42,672 nucleotides of DNA from a virus. Lineage: Duplodnaviria > Caudoviricetes. The notes below the pieces were generated by a model that searched no databases, had not been told where the DNA came from, and saw only the letters and a program-made list of their open reading frames with translations. Shown here piece after piece: positions 41,771 to 42,672 of the stretch. Positions within the stretch are counted from its first letter, which is position 1. Every line of letters starts with the position of its first letter. The position numbers were made by a program, and so were the translations under genes. The stretch is taken from positions 1 to 42,672 of the IMG/VR virus record IMGVR_UViG_3300037780_000213; one strand, written 5' to 3'.

Positions 41771-42672
41771 CGGACGCGCTCACCTGGTACATGGAAGAAC
41801 ACGTCGACTCCGGGGACGTTAAGGACCCGGCCCGTGTCGCCTATGCCGTTGATCGCCTTCTGCCATTCTGGGGAAACAAGACACTGGACGACGTTCACGA
41901 CGGATCGGCGCGCATGTACCGTGCCCGGCGCGCCGCCGATGGTGTTGGCGACGGCACCATACGCAGAGAGATTGAAGTCCTTCACGCTGCCGCGCGGCAC
42001 GCCTTTTCTACGGCCAGGACGACCCACCCTGTCACCTGCTGGAAGCCAGCAAAGCCACCGGCCAAAGAACGATGGTTGACCCGCGATGAAGCCGCGCGGC
42101 TGATTAGGGCGGCCAGGAAGTCGCAGCAGTCGAAATCCTACCTGCCACTGTTCATCCTGGTGAGCCTGTACCACGCCCCGCGCAAAGTCGCGCTGCTTAC
42201 CCTACAGGGGCACAAGATCGACCTGGAACGTATGCGCATCGACTTCCGGGAAGACGGCCAAGCGGAAACCAACAAGCGACGCCCAAGGGCGCGGATCTAT
42301 CATCGCCTGCGCCCCATCCTTCGCGCCCGCCTCCAGCGGATTGGTGAAACCGGCAGACTGATTTCCAGAAAGAACGGCAGGCCGGTCTCCGACATAAAAA
42401 AATCATTCAGGGCCGCATGCGAGGAAGCGGGACTCGGCCCTGACGTGACGCCCCATACCTTGAAGCACACGGCCATAACCTGGCTGGTGCAGGCGGGCTG
42501 GTCCTACCATGACGTTTCCGGGTTTACGAACGTGTCGGTTAAGACAATCGAATCCACCTACGGCCACCACGCACCGCCCGAAATGCAGTCGATCGCAGAC
42601 GCCAGAATCCCCGCGCATCGACTTTTAACTGCACCAATAACTGCACCACGCCCAAAATCGGGGGATAGCTAG
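41566..42672 (+). CDS. int: Tyrosine recombinase / integrase
   Basis: Core-binding domain (TIRRE..VL.AA), then R (HAPRK), K (TNKRR), HTLKHT and Y (TYGHH). Confidence 0.9.
   Translation: MSRRNRGPYLKWRADRDCYVIQWFERGQRRTYSTGQRDRKAAERTLADFIVQNEQPTGGRRPPASVEIADALTWYMEEHVDSGDVKDPARVAYAVDRLLPFWGNKTLDDVHDGSARMYRARRAADGVGDGTIRREIEVLHAAARHAFSTARTTHPVTCWKPAKPPAKERWLTRDEAARLIRAARKSQQSKSYLPLFILVSLYHAPRKVALLTLQGHKIDLERMRIDFREDGQAETNKRRPRARIYHRLRPILRARLQRIGETGRLISRKNGRPVSDIKKSFRAACEEAGLGPDVTPHTLKHTAITWLVQAGWSYHDVSGFTNVSVKTIESTYGHHAPPEMQSIADARIPAHRLLTAPITAPRPKSGDS
42626..42648 (+). repeat. Tandem 11-bp direct repeat TAACTGCACCA (possible integrase arm-type sites)
   Basis: Copies at 42626-42636 and 42638-42648 at the 3' end of int. 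Confidence 0.5.

Larger units (their letters stand above)
1..42672. mobile_element. Lambda-like temperate prophage, near complete, alphaproteobacterial host inferred
   Basis: Lysis, tail, head, packaging, replication, immunity, xis and int modules in lambdoid order. Confidence 0.95.

Overview
The window is an almost complete, GC-rich, lambda-like (siphovirus-type, probably cos-packaging) temperate prophage. An alphaproteobacterial host is inferred from the gene content and a GTTC-N7-GTTC LexA box. Minus strand, left to right: lysis cassette, tail fibre and tail tip, tape measure, tail chaperones with a -1 frameshift, tail tube, neck and head genes, portal, terminase, ParB-methylase, a cos-like site, a late-regulator-position gene, an iteron origin, P4-type helicase, two more DNA methylases, primase, cII-like and cro. 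Plus strand: CI repressor, an early operon (yfdP/Q/R-like, Topo VI-A-like, SSB, ASCH, DUF3310, Gp37/68), xis and integrase. The standout feature is a two-gene cassette inserted antisense in the tail operon (11979-13201). It pairs a short GNAT-fold acyltransferase carrying LuxI-like motifs with a translationally coupled LuxR that keeps all nine canonical AHL-receptor residues, making it a candidate phage-encoded signalling or eavesdropping system. Other non-obvious signals are lambda-like OR/OL operator arrays, an SOS-box-led antisense gene, a candidate structured RNA, a foreign module inside the tail-tip protein and a lambda cosQ/cosN-like site. All family assignments come from motif recognition and synteny; no database search was run.
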